From an uncultured Steroidobacteraceae bacterium (GTDB lineage Bacteria > Pseudomonadota > Gammaproteobacteria > Steroidobacterales > Steroidobacteraceae), in contig CAZRKS010000001.1 in assembly GCA_964600315.1 (NCBI GenBank), forward strand, positions 7,078 through 71,077: DNA of 64,000 bases. The letters run 5' to 3'. The notes beneath the pieces are model-generated. The model ran no database searches. It had not been told where the DNA came from and was given only the letters and a program-made list of their open reading frames with translations. Within the stretch, counting starts at the first letter, position 1; every line of letters begins with the position of its first letter. Below, in pieces: positions 53,818-62,677 of this stretch. The translations under genes and the position numbers were made by a program.

Positions 53818-54276
53818 GTGAAGATCGACGAAGCCGAGTTCTCCGCGCATTACTACCAGCTCTCGTACATGCTCTCGCGCTTCCTCGTACCGACGATGCG
53901 CGAAACCTACCGCGAGTTCGGCGGAGACATGCTGCTAACGCTGGTGCTCGGCGAGATCGCCACGCGCAACCTCGGACAATTCTTCGCACGCGGCGAACCC
54001 GAACTGCCGGAATCGGTGCTGAACGACCCGTCGCTGCAACGACGGTTGCTGCGTCCCTGCAATGCTCTGTCGATCAGCGACGCGACCGGGATTCCGCGCG
54101 AAACCGTGCGTCGACGCGTCAAGACGCTGTGCGAACTCGGATTGATCGACCAGGACGAACGCGGACACCTCTACGTGACACAGAAGGCCGCGGACCGATT
54201 CCAGCGCATCACCCGCTCGGCGCTCGAGGACCTTCTCCCCATCGCCGAATCCCTCAACGCCCTGCTGCGCCGGTAG
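53818..54276 (+). CDS. putative winged-helix transcriptional regulator
   Basis: The C-terminal two-thirds contain ISDATGIPRETVRRRVKTLCELGLIDQDERGHLYVT (HTH plus wing). GTG 53818 was chosen because the longer track ORF would overlap the gamma gene start. The start is uncertain. Confidence 0.45.
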   Translation: MKIDEAEFSAHYYQLSYMLSRFLVPTMRETYREFGGDMLLTLVLGEIATRNLGQFFARGEPELPESVLNDPSLQRRLLRPCNALSISDATGIPRETVRRRVKTLCELGLIDQDERGHLYVTQKAADRFQRITRSALEDLLPIAESLNALLRR

Positions 54277-54294
54277 TTCGGTCTACGAGCGAAA

Positions 54295-55743
54295 TCAGCC
54301 GCCGGCGACCGCCTCGGCGACGGTGAAGCCCGACATGATCGCCTGCTGCGTGCCGATGCCCCGGCCGCCGGCATCACAGCCGACCAGGTAGAGGCCCTGC
54401 ACCGGAGTCTGGATCGACGGCTTGCTGTCCCCGCACTGGCCGACGATCTGTGCCAGGCCGATGGTCTCTCCACCGGTGCCTGGCAGGGTGGGGTCACGGG
54501 TGGCGTTCGAGACGCTTCGGGTGGTGTAGAGGTCCTTCTCCTCGATCAGGCCGCGCGCCTGCGGGAACAGGCCGAAGAAGATCTCCTCGCCGGCATTGGC
54601 CCACGCCGCAATCGATTCCTTCCTCATCGCCGGATCGGGCGGGCAGAACGAGCCGGTGAGGATCACCTGCTTGCCGGCCGGTGCGGCGCCGGGGTGGTAG
54701 TTGTTGGGTGCTTCGAAATAGAGCACCCCTTCGCGCGACGCCTCGCCGCGGTCGGCGGCAGCCAGCCGGGCACTGCTCCAGGGGCTGCTGTCGGAAAAGA
54801 CCACGCCGAACCCCTTGTCGGTGATCGGCTCCCGGAGGAAGTAGCGGTAGCCGAGCAGCGCCTGCGAGGGCACGAGTCCCTTGACGCGCTCGACGTAGTC
54901 GGTCGGGAATGCCGCCTCGCCGGCCAGCTTCAGCACGGTCGGCTGGATGCCGGCGTTGCTGATCACGATCGGCGCCCGATGGATGGCGCCGTCCCTGGTT
55001 TCGATGCCGGTCACCCGCCCCGCTTCGATCAGGATGCGGTTGACGCGGGTGTGCATCCGCACCGTACCACCGTTGCGACGCACCGATTCCACGCATGCCT
55101 CGCCCAGTGCGCCGTATCCCCCCTGACAGAAGAGCCCACCGCCGCGCAGGAAGATGTCCTGGAGCCCCAGGATCGCCTCGGCGGCGTCGAGCCGGTCGAC
55201 CGGCACCATGTACATTCCGTCGAGACAGAGACTGACGATGAAGGCATAGAGCGGCTGCGGGAGGCCGGCGGCCCTGATGAGGCTCTCGAAATCGGTGCCC
55301 TCGTGGCTCTTGATCCGCTCCGGCGGCATCAGGGTGAGGGCGATGAAGAACTCGAGCGCCCGGGCGCGGTCGGGACCGGCGACGCCGAGCCAGTCGAAGA
55401 GAAGGTTGGGGTCGACATGGCCGTCCATTTTCGGCATCGCGTGGTACTTCCCCTGGGGGGTCTTGTAGTAGCTGCCCGACTCGGAGGCGACCAGCGTGAC
55501 GGCATCCGCGATCCCGAGCTCATCGACCAGCTTCTGGCACCCGTTCGGCCTGACCGGAGCCCCCATGATCGGCCAGGCGGAGTAGGTGAAACCCTTCTTG
55601 CTCAGGGACAGCGCCTTGCCGCCGGCGACGCTGTTCTTCTCCACGACCAGGACGTTGAGCCCCCGCCTGGCGAGCAGTCCGGCACAGGCGGCACCGCCGA
55701 GGCCAGCCCCGATCACGATGGCGTCGAGACCTCTGCTGGTCAT
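54295..55743 (-). CDS. FAD-dependent oxidoreductase, phytoene desaturase (CrtI)/amine-oxidase-like family
   Basis: Trimmed to ATG 55743, overlapping the TetR stop (ATGA). DAIVIGAGLGGAACAGLLARRGLNVLVVEKNSVAGGK dinucleotide fold and C-terminal GLYLVGCDAGGRGIG. 482 aa. Confidence 0.8.
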   Translation of the reverse strand: MTSRGLDAIVIGAGLGGAACAGLLARRGLNVLVVEKNSVAGGKALSLSKKGFTYSAWPIMGAPVRPNGCQKLVDELGIADAVTLVASESGSYYKTPQGKYHAMPKMDGHVDPNLLFDWLGVAGPDRARALEFFIALTLMPPERIKSHEGTDFESLIRAAGLPQPLYAFIVSLCLDGMYMVPVDRLDAAEAILGLQDIFLRGGGLFCQGGYGALGEACVESVRRNGGTVRMHTRVNRILIEAGRVTGIETRDGAIHRAPIVISNAGIQPTVLKLAGEAAFPTDYVERVKGLVPSQALLGYRYFLREPITDKGFGVVFSDSSPWSSARLAAADRGEASREGVLYFEAPNNYHPGAAPAGKQVILTGSFCPPDPAMRKESIAAWANAGEEIFFGLFPQARGLIEEKDLYTTRSVSNATRDPTLPGTGGETIGLAQIVGQCGDSKPSIQTPVQGLYLVGCDAGGRGIGTQQAIMSGFTVAEAVAGG

Positions 55744-56432
55744 GCGGCGCGGGCCGCCCGGTCCATGGCCCCCTCGACCAGCATGGCCACGAGTTCGGCC
55801 TGCTTCTTCCTCGCCCTCGCAGACATCGGCTCGGCGCCCAGCAGTCCCGCATAGAGCGGCGCCATGGTGATGTAGGACATCACCATGTTGTTGAGGGCCA
55901 CGACGGCCCAGCCCTGCAGCAGCCGCTCTCCCAGCACTTCGAGATTCGCGGTTTTCAACTTCGCCGGATCGCGGCGAAACATCGGTCCGAGCAGCCTGGC
56001 GACGAGCTCCTCGGTGCGGGGTCCGCCGTCGAGCGCGGCATGCTGCAGCAGTCGCGCCAGGTTCGGATGCTCGAAGTGCCGCGCGACGTAGCGGCGCAGC
56101 CATTCGAGCACGCGCTCGCGCGAGATCACCCCGGTCTGCAGCTCGGTCGTGAGCGGCACGAAACGCGCGAGCAGCCGCTCCATCACCGCGAGGTACAGCG
56201 CTTCCTTGCTGCGGTAGTGGCTGTAGAGGCTCGGGGCGCGGATGCCGACCTGCTCGGCGATGTCCACGAGCGAAGCGGCCGCGTAGCCGCGCGCCGCGAA
56301 CGTCTGTTCCGCGACGTCGAGGACGCGTTCGGCGGTGGACGTGCGCTGCCCGGTGCCGCGTGCGGGGAGTGCCGCGGGCCGGCGCCGGCGGCCCGTGCGG
56401 GCCGGCTCAGCCCGCTGCGATGCGCGTGTCAT
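55740..56432 (-). CDS. TetR/AcrR-family transcriptional regulator
   Basis: 230 aa. HTH segment AERVLDVAEQTFAARGYAAASLVDIAEQVGIRAPSLYSHY. The 5' end overlaps delta 2 by 26 nt. Confidence 0.8.
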   Translation of the reverse strand: MTRASQRAEPARTGRRRRPAALPARGTGQRTSTAERVLDVAEQTFAARGYAAASLVDIAEQVGIRAPSLYSHYRSKEALYLAVMERLLARFVPLTTELQTGVISRERVLEWLRRYVARHFEHPNLARLLQHAALDGGPRTEELVARLLGPMFRRDPAKLKTANLEVLGERLLQGWAVVALNNMVMSYITMAPLYAGLLGAEPMSARARKKQAELVAMLVEGAMDRAARAA

Positions 56433-56910
56433 GTTGGAATGCCTCGAGAATGGCTGTCATGCGTGCATCGCCGTGCTGCAGCGCCGTGCGCGCCGCCTCC
56501 GACCAGGGGGCGATGCAGCGCTGCACCAACCCTGCCACGAGCACCGGCTCCTCGCGCTCGATGGCGAGCGCGTAGAGCTCGCACGCGAGCGCCAGGTGAT
56601 CGGGCGGCAGCAGTCGCCCGCTAGTCTCGACCTCGAGGTGCTCGGCAACCCTTAGCAGCGTCTCGCGCAGCGTGCTGCCGTCGGCGCCCGGCAGCGCGTG
56701 CAGTTGCAGGGGCACGGGGGGTTGCGGCACTCCGGCATGGAAGGTGTTCCAGAAATCGACGCACGCGGTGTCGTAGCTGCCCGGCAGCGCGAGCGCCTCC
56801 CACGCTGCGTGGAGCGTGGCTACCTCGCTCAACGGGCTCCACAGTCGCGCCCAGGCGAGCATGCGCAGCGTGCCGTCCTTGATCGCGGGCACCGTCGCCA
56901 CGGAGTTCAC
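56407..56910 (-). CDS. putative molybdoenzyme assembly chaperone (delta 2)
   Basis: GTG 56910 overlaps the gamma 2 stop (GTGA). 167 aa, acidic and helical, in the position of EbdD/NarJ. Sequence similarity to delta 1 is weak by eye. Confidence 0.5.
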   Translation of the reverse strand: MNSVATVPAIKDGTLRMLAWARLWSPLSEVATLHAAWEALALPGSYDTACVDFWNTFHAGVPQPPVPLQLHALPGADGSTLRETLLRVAEHLEVETSGRLLPPDHLALACELYALAIEREEPVLVAGLVQRCIAPWSEAARTALQHGDARMTAILEAFQHDTRIAAG

Positions 56911-57452
56911 GCGAGCTCCACCCAGCCGGGGCTGACGGACTTGAGTCCGGCGCGTTCCTGCTCGGCGCCGCGCCAGATGGCGAGCGCGAGGCGACGGTGC
57001 GCCGCGAGCGCCGGCCACTCCGCCACCGCGAAGGCCACGCGCCAGCGGCCGCTCTCCCAGGCCGACGTCGCGCGGATGCCGGATGGAACTGCACTGCGCT
57101 GCATGCTGCCGAGACCTTCCGCACGCACCCGCAGTGGCGCGTCCTTGTCCGCGCGCCAGAGCCAGCCCTGCACGGCCATGCGCGGCGCGCCCATGGTGAT
57201 CCACGGCGCCTCGGGGACTTCGGGCGCGAAGATGGCACAGGCGTCGACGAAACGGTCGGTCTCGCGGGCGACATCCCGCACCGGCTGTGGGCAATCCCAG
57301 GCGAGCACGATCTGCCACCCCTGGTCCGCGGGCTCCACGGCGATCTCAGCCGTGGCGGTGAGCGGCGTCGCGCGATCGGCGTAGGCTGCCGGCACGTAGC
57401 CGCCGGGCTGGATCGCGGTCGGCGCCGACATCAGTGCGACTCTCTGCTTCAT
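56907..57452 (-). CDS. heme b-binding gamma subunit (EbdC-like), copy 2
   Basis: 181 aa. WITMGAPRMA and ERAGLKSVSPGW are counterparts of the copy 1 motifs. Starts 4 nt after the beta 2 stop. Confidence 0.7.
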   Translation of the reverse strand: MKQRVALMSAPTAIQPGGYVPAAYADRATPLTATAEIAVEPADQGWQIVLAWDCPQPVRDVARETDRFVDACAIFAPEVPEAPWITMGAPRMAVQGWLWRADKDAPLRVRAEGLGSMQRSAVPSGIRATSAWESGRWRVAFAVAEWPALAAHRRLALAIWRGAEQERAGLKSVSPGWVELA

Positions 57453-57456
57453 GGCA

Positions 57457-58494
57457 TCACGCGAACACTTCGCGCTGGTGCGGTGCCAGCCGGAAATTCT
57501 GCTGCCAGTCGTACGCGATCAGCAGGTCCATGAGTTCGCTCGGCTCACCGCGCTGGCGCTTCGCGCGCTCGGCACGGAGCGTCTCGAGCGCAGGTCGCAC
57601 GGCCGCGCCGAACAGCGACTCGAGATACGCGAGCGGAATGCGCGGCTCTGCCGTCGGGCGCCCGTCCGCATCGAGCTGCGGCGGCGAGAGCGGCGGCACG
57701 TAGAAGACGTTCGGCCCCAGGCCGTACTCGGGGTGCAAGGGAATGGCCACCTGCCACTTCTCGACCAGCTTCCAGATCGGGCCCTGCTCGTCGTCGCGGA
57801 AGCCGACGAAGCGCAGGCGGCCCGGGCACTGCCGCGCGCAGGCCGGCGCCACGCCCTCCTCGATGCGCGGCAGACAGAAAATGCACTTTGCCGCGACCTG
57901 GCGCACGTGGTCGTAGTAGACCTTCTTGTAGGGACAGGCCTCGACGCAGAAACGATAGCCGTGGCAGCGGTCCTGGTCGACCAGCACGATGCCGTCCTGC
58001 CTGCGCTTCTCGATCGCCGCGCGCGGGCAGGCATCGAGGCAGGCCGGATGCGTGCAGTGGTTGCACAGGCGCGGCAGGTAGAAGTGGTGATTGTCCCGAG
58101 GATAGCGGCCGGCGCCCTGGTCCTCGTCGAAGTTCGGCCCCCATTGCACCTGCCCGGCGGGCCGGATCCAGATCTTCTCCTTCGCGCCCGCCGACGCGCG
58201 CGCCTGCTCGTGATCGAAGGTCCACGCGCGCCCGTAGCCGGTATCGACGTTCGGCACGACGCCGCGCTTCACCTCGCCGCCCACGGTGCGCCCACCCGTC
58301 GCGGGATCGTGCACGCCCGCCGGGAAGCCCTTGCCCGGCAGCGTCTCGACGTTGTTCCAGTAGCTGTAGTTCGTGCCCTCGTCGGTGTTCCAGAGCTTCT
58401 TGCAGGCGATCGTGCAGGTCTGGCAGCCGAGGCACTTGTTGAGGTCGAGCACCATCGCGACCTGGGCGTCGGGTTTCGGGACGTCGTACTTCAT
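57457..58494 (-). CDS. four-cluster Fe-S subunit (NarH/EbdB-like beta), copy 2
   Basis: Trimmed to ATG 58494 (MKYDVPKPDAQVAMVLDLNKCLGCQTCTIACK). Further clusters CNHCTHPACLDACP, CHGYRFCVEACP and CIFCLPRIEEGVAPACARQCP. 345 aa. Confidence 0.9.
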   Translation of the reverse strand: MKYDVPKPDAQVAMVLDLNKCLGCQTCTIACKKLWNTDEGTNYSYWNNVETLPGKGFPAGVHDPATGGRTVGGEVKRGVVPNVDTGYGRAWTFDHEQARASAGAKEKIWIRPAGQVQWGPNFDEDQGAGRYPRDNHHFYLPRLCNHCTHPACLDACPRAAIEKRRQDGIVLVDQDRCHGYRFCVEACPYKKVYYDHVRQVAAKCIFCLPRIEEGVAPACARQCPGRLRFVGFRDDEQGPIWKLVEKWQVAIPLHPEYGLGPNVFYVPPLSPPQLDADGRPTAEPRIPLAYLESLFGAAVRPALETLRAERAKRQRGEPSELMDLLIAYDWQQNFRLAPHQREVFA

Positions 58495-58504
58495 GCGGGG
58501 CGCC

Positions 58505-61465
58505 TCAGGTGTCGACCACCGGCTTCGCGCCGGTGGCCTGCCCCGTCCAGGGACGCAGGCCGATGCGCGTGTCCTGCACGGCACTGCCGGGTTGATAACG
58601 ATTCATGGCCTGCCGGATGTGGCCGTAGCCTCCCGCCATGTGCAGCGGGTTGACCAGGCCCGGGATTAGGAACTTGTAGGACTCGTGATTCGCGAACTGG
58701 TGCGGCTCCCAGGCGTGGTAGTAGTACGCGACGCCCGGGCGCACCATGGCGGCGACCTTCACGCGCATGCGCACCGAACCGTAGTCGTTGAAGATCTCCG
58801 CGTACTCGTAGTCGTGCACACCGCAGCGCGCGGCATCTTCGGGGTTGACCCACACCTGCGGCTCGCCGCGTTGCAGCCGCAGCATCATCGGCGTGTCGCG
58901 CCAGGTGGAGTGGATCGACCAGCGCGCGTGGCAGCTCACGAACTGGAACGGGTAGTCGCCGCCGGCCTTCGGGCTCGCCTTGTGGGTCGCGAACTGCTCG
59001 CGGAATTCCACGAACCACGGGTGGTCGATGAACGTCGTGATGCGCCCGCTGTAGGTCGGCCACGGCTCCTTGTGCTCGGTGAAGCGCGTGAGCGTCGTGA
59101 GCACGCCGGGGCCCTTCCAGTCGGGGTTGTGCAGCGACGTCGCCGCAATGTCCATGCCGGTGGCGGTGTAGCGGGCGATGCCTGTCTGCTTGAGGCCCGC
59201 GACGGTCATGCCGTCCGTGGACTTGCTGCGCAGGATCTCGTCGGCGAGCTTCTCGGCATCCTTGGGGCCGAGCGTGCCCTGGTTGGAATAACGCTGGTGC
59301 AGCGTCTTCCAGTCGATCGGCCCGCGGCCGCAGCCGTCGAACACCGGCAGGTCGCGCTCCTGCGCGAGGCGCTCGATCTCGCGGCTCAGGAGCCAGTAGA
59401 TCTCGTACTCGTCCTTCGCTTCGCCGAGCGGCGGCACGGCCGCGTCGCAGTAGTGGAGGTAAGGGACGTGCGCGACGGTGTACTTGATGCCCGATTTCTC
59501 GTACCAGCCGGCCGCCGGCAGGATGTAATCCGCGTGCATGCCGGTGAAAGTGAACTTCGGGTTGATGTCGACGATCAGCTCCATCTGGTCGAGCTGATGG
59601 GCCTTCAGGTACTGCGGCAGGTTGTTCCGCCGCAGCAGGTTGGCGCCGCCCGAGAAGTACACCCTGGGCGGCGCCTTGCGCGGCAGGCCCGGCGCCCAGC
59701 CTTTGTCGTGCGCCTCGTCGTAGTAGGCGCCGAGCGGGCGCGGCGACAGGCCCTGCTGTTCGCGCTCGAGCGCGGCCCGGTAGCCCGGCGCCTTCAGGTT
59801 CACCTCCACGACGTCCGTCGTGCAGAGCTTCGTATCGAGGTACTTGGTCTCGCCCGCGAGCGCCACGTCGAGTTCGGTCTTGCGCTTCCTGGCGATCTCG
59901 AGCATTGCGTTGAAGAGTTCGCCGGGCGTGACGGCCCCGAACAGCACGGCGAGCCGGCCGCGCAGCCCGGGCTGCTCCATCCGCATCGCGTTGCTGAACC
60001 CGTCGAGGTCGACCCATGCGGTCGATTGATAGCCCGCGCCCCTGCGCCCGAGCGCGCCCTTCAGCGCCAGGCACAGGAGCTTCGCGCGGTTCATCAGGTC
60101 GGAGTGCACGTAGCGGTTGGAGCCCCACGAGGACAGCACCATCGGCCGTTCGGCCCGCGCCCAGCCCTGCGCGAACTGCCGGACCTGATCGACGTGAAGG
60201 CCGGTGACCTCGGCCGTGCGCTCGAAGGTCCAGGGCTCGAGATGCTCTTTCAGCAATGCGCCCACCGGGACCACGAGCACCTCGCGGCCGTCGGCGAGCG
60301 CCACCGGCCACTGACCGTCGATTGGCGGCTCGAAGTCGAGCGTCAGGCGGCGCGTCTCGCTGCCCGAAGCGCCGGGCGCTGCGACGGGCTCCCTGCGTCC
60401 CGGGTGCCACAGGTAGAGCTGGTCCGGCCGGCCGCCCGTCTGGAGATCCTCTTCGCGCAGGAAGCGCCCCGTGTCGAGGCGCACCAGCAAGGGCAGGTCC
60501 GTCTGCTCGCGCACGAAGGGCAGGTCGACGGCGTTCGCCTCGAAGAGGTGCCGCGCCACGGCGAGCGCGAGCGCCGCATCGGTACCGACGGCAATCGGAA
60601 GCCACTGGTCGGCGTGGATGGCGGTGGGCGAGTAGACGGGATCGATCACCACCAGTTCGGCGCCCCCGTAGCGCGCCTCGTAGAGAAAATGCGCGTCCGG
60701 GATCTGCGTGACCGACGGGTTCATCATCCACACGACGAGGAAGTCGGAGAGGAACCACTCGTCCGAGGAGCCACCGGTGTGCGCGAAACCCAGGGTCATG
60801 GTCGCGCCGATGTTGAGGTCGCCGATCTCGGCCCAGTTGTCGGCGAAGATCCCGCCCGCCATGAACTGGAACTTGAAGCGCCCGGCGGTCGTGGGACCGA
60901 AGTCGAAGTTCGGGCCGAGATCCTGGTACAGCGTGTCGGTGCCGTAGCGCGTGGCCGCGTCGATGCATTTCCCGGCGATCTCGCGCATCGCCTGCTCCCA
61001 GCCGATGCGCTGCCACTGGCCCGAGCCACGGGGCCCGATGCGCTTCAGCGGCACGAGGGTGCGTGAGGGCCCGTACATCACTTCCGTGTAGCAGGCGCCT
61101 TTCTGGCAGCCGCGCGGATTGAAGTCCGGCACGCCGGGCTCCGACTGCGCATAAGTGGCCGTTTGCTCTTCGCGGACCACCACGCCGCCCTTGACGTACA
61201 TGTCCCAGGCGCAAGCCGAGCGGCAGTTGGCCCAGCCGTGGGAGCCCTTGACGACGCGGTCCCAGGTCCACCGCTGGCGGTAGAGGTCCTGCCAGTTGCC
61301 GAGCTTCGGCGTCGTGCGGGGCCCGGGCACGGCGGCGGGCGCGCCACGCTTGAAGACGTAGTGGTACAGCGGAATGCCGGCGGCGCTCGCGGCGGCCGCG
61401 CCACCCAGCAGCTGCAGCAGGCGGCGGCGGTTCAGGCGCAGGCCCCGGCGTTCGTCGACGGACAC
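58505..61465 (-). CDS. molybdopterin oxidoreductase catalytic subunit, type II DMSO-reductase family (EbdA/S25dA-like), copy 2
   Basis: 986 aa. GTG start 61465, preceded by GAGGGAGAG. Tat leader RLNRRRLLQLLGGAAAASAAG. HGWANCRSACAW...NPRGCQKGAC. Candidate Asp in WAEIGDLNIG. Confidence 0.9.
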   Translation of the reverse strand: MSVDERRGLRLNRRRLLQLLGGAAAASAAGIPLYHYVFKRGAPAAVPGPRTTPKLGNWQDLYRQRWTWDRVVKGSHGWANCRSACAWDMYVKGGVVVREEQTATYAQSEPGVPDFNPRGCQKGACYTEVMYGPSRTLVPLKRIGPRGSGQWQRIGWEQAMREIAGKCIDAATRYGTDTLYQDLGPNFDFGPTTAGRFKFQFMAGGIFADNWAEIGDLNIGATMTLGFAHTGGSSDEWFLSDFLVVWMMNPSVTQIPDAHFLYEARYGGAELVVIDPVYSPTAIHADQWLPIAVGTDAALALAVARHLFEANAVDLPFVREQTDLPLLVRLDTGRFLREEDLQTGGRPDQLYLWHPGRREPVAAPGASGSETRRLTLDFEPPIDGQWPVALADGREVLVVPVGALLKEHLEPWTFERTAEVTGLHVDQVRQFAQGWARAERPMVLSSWGSNRYVHSDLMNRAKLLCLALKGALGRRGAGYQSTAWVDLDGFSNAMRMEQPGLRGRLAVLFGAVTPGELFNAMLEIARKRKTELDVALAGETKYLDTKLCTTDVVEVNLKAPGYRAALEREQQGLSPRPLGAYYDEAHDKGWAPGLPRKAPPRVYFSGGANLLRRNNLPQYLKAHQLDQMELIVDINPKFTFTGMHADYILPAAGWYEKSGIKYTVAHVPYLHYCDAAVPPLGEAKDEYEIYWLLSREIERLAQERDLPVFDGCGRGPIDWKTLHQRYSNQGTLGPKDAEKLADEILRSKSTDGMTVAGLKQTGIARYTATGMDIAATSLHNPDWKGPGVLTTLTRFTEHKEPWPTYSGRITTFIDHPWFVEFREQFATHKASPKAGGDYPFQFVSCHARWSIHSTWRDTPMMLRLQRGEPQVWVNPEDAARCGVHDYEYAEIFNDYGSVRMRVKVAAMVRPGVAYYYHAWEPHQFANHESYKFLIPGLVNPLHMAGGYGHIRQAMNRYQPGSAVQDTRIGLRPWTGQATGAKPVVDT

Positions 61466-61566
61466 TGCTTCGCTCTCCCTCGGCTGGACGGTGGACCGCG
61501 GGAGGAGCGTAGCAGACTAACGCCTAATAGGGTATAGGTTCCGCAAGGCGGCGCGACGCGAGGCGG

Positions 61567-62580
61567 TCAGGACCGCAGCAGTTCCGCGACGTCGCGCACG
61601 GCGTCGATGTCCTGGCAGGCGACCAGCATCGTCGTCACCGGTGACTCTTCCCAGACGGCGAGGCGCTCGCGTATGCGCGCGCGTGGCCCGAGCAGCGAGA
61701 TCTCGTCGGCGAACTGGTCCGGGACGGCCCTCACCGCCTCGGTGCGCCGGCCCGCGAGGAAGTGCTCCTGGATGGCGTTCGCCTCGGCCTCATAGCCCAT
61801 GCGCGCCATCAGGTTCTTGTGGAAATTGTGTTCCTGCGCACCCATGCCGCCGACGTAGAAGGCGAGCGCCGTCTTGACCGGCAGCAGCGCAGCCTGCAGG
61901 TCGTCGTTCACGTTGACCATCACCATCGGCGCGATCTCGAAGCCGGGCTTCGCATCGCGGATCTGGTCCGCGTAGATCTCGGGGTGAAACGGTGTGTAAT
62001 AGAGCGGCAGCCAGCCGTCGGCAATGGCCGCCGTCTGGGCAACGTTCTTCGGGCCTTCCGCGCCGATGTAGATGGGAATGTCCGCGCGCAGCGGATGCGT
62101 GTTGGCGCGCAGCGGCTTGCCGACGCCGACGGCCCCGGGCCCGCGATAGGGCAGCGGGTAATGAGGGCCCGGGTTCGTCACGGGCTTCTCGCGCCTGAGC
62201 ACCTGGCGCACGACGTCGACGTATTCCCGGGTTCGCGCCAGGGGCTTGTCGAAGGGCATCCCGTACCAGCCTTCCACGACCTGCGGACCGGAGACCCCGA
62301 GACCGAGGATCATCCGTCCGCCGGACAGCCGGTCGAGCGCCAGCGCCGCCATGGCGCACGCGGTCGGCGTGCGCGCGGAGAGTTGCGCGATGCCCGTGCC
62401 GAGCTTGATGCGCTTCGTGTGCGCACCGATCCAGGCGAGCGGCGTGAAAACGTCGTTGCCCCACGACTCCGCCGTCCAGACCGAGTCGAAGCCGAGACGC
62501 TCCGCTTCCTGCGCCAGCCCGACGTGGCCATCGGGCGGCGGCTCCGAACCCCAGTAACCGAGCTGCAATCCGAGCTTCAT
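61567..62580 (-). CDS. luciferase-like (LLM-class) flavin/F420-dependent oxidoreductase
   Basis: MKLGLQLGYWGS...GFDSVWTAESWGND is typical of LLM TIM-barrel enzymes. ATG 62580 is preferred, with GGAGG 10 nt upstream. The track start is GTG 62589. Confidence 0.85.
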   Translation of the reverse strand: MKLGLQLGYWGSEPPPDGHVGLAQEAERLGFDSVWTAESWGNDVFTPLAWIGAHTKRIKLGTGIAQLSARTPTACAMAALALDRLSGGRMILGLGVSGPQVVEGWYGMPFDKPLARTREYVDVVRQVLRREKPVTNPGPHYPLPYRGPGAVGVGKPLRANTHPLRADIPIYIGAEGPKNVAQTAAIADGWLPLYYTPFHPEIYADQIRDAKPGFEIAPMVMVNVNDDLQAALLPVKTALAFYVGGMGAQEHNFHKNLMARMGYEAEANAIQEHFLAGRRTEAVRAVPDQFADEISLLGPRARIRERLAVWEESPVTTMLVACQDIDAVRDVAELLRS

Positions 62581-62677
62581 TTCGTTCACGCCTCCGCCGT
62601 CATCATGGGTTCTGTGGGCCGAGGGCTGCCTCGGCGGTCGCGAGGGCCCAGCACCACGCCCTCGCCTCGAGCATCTT

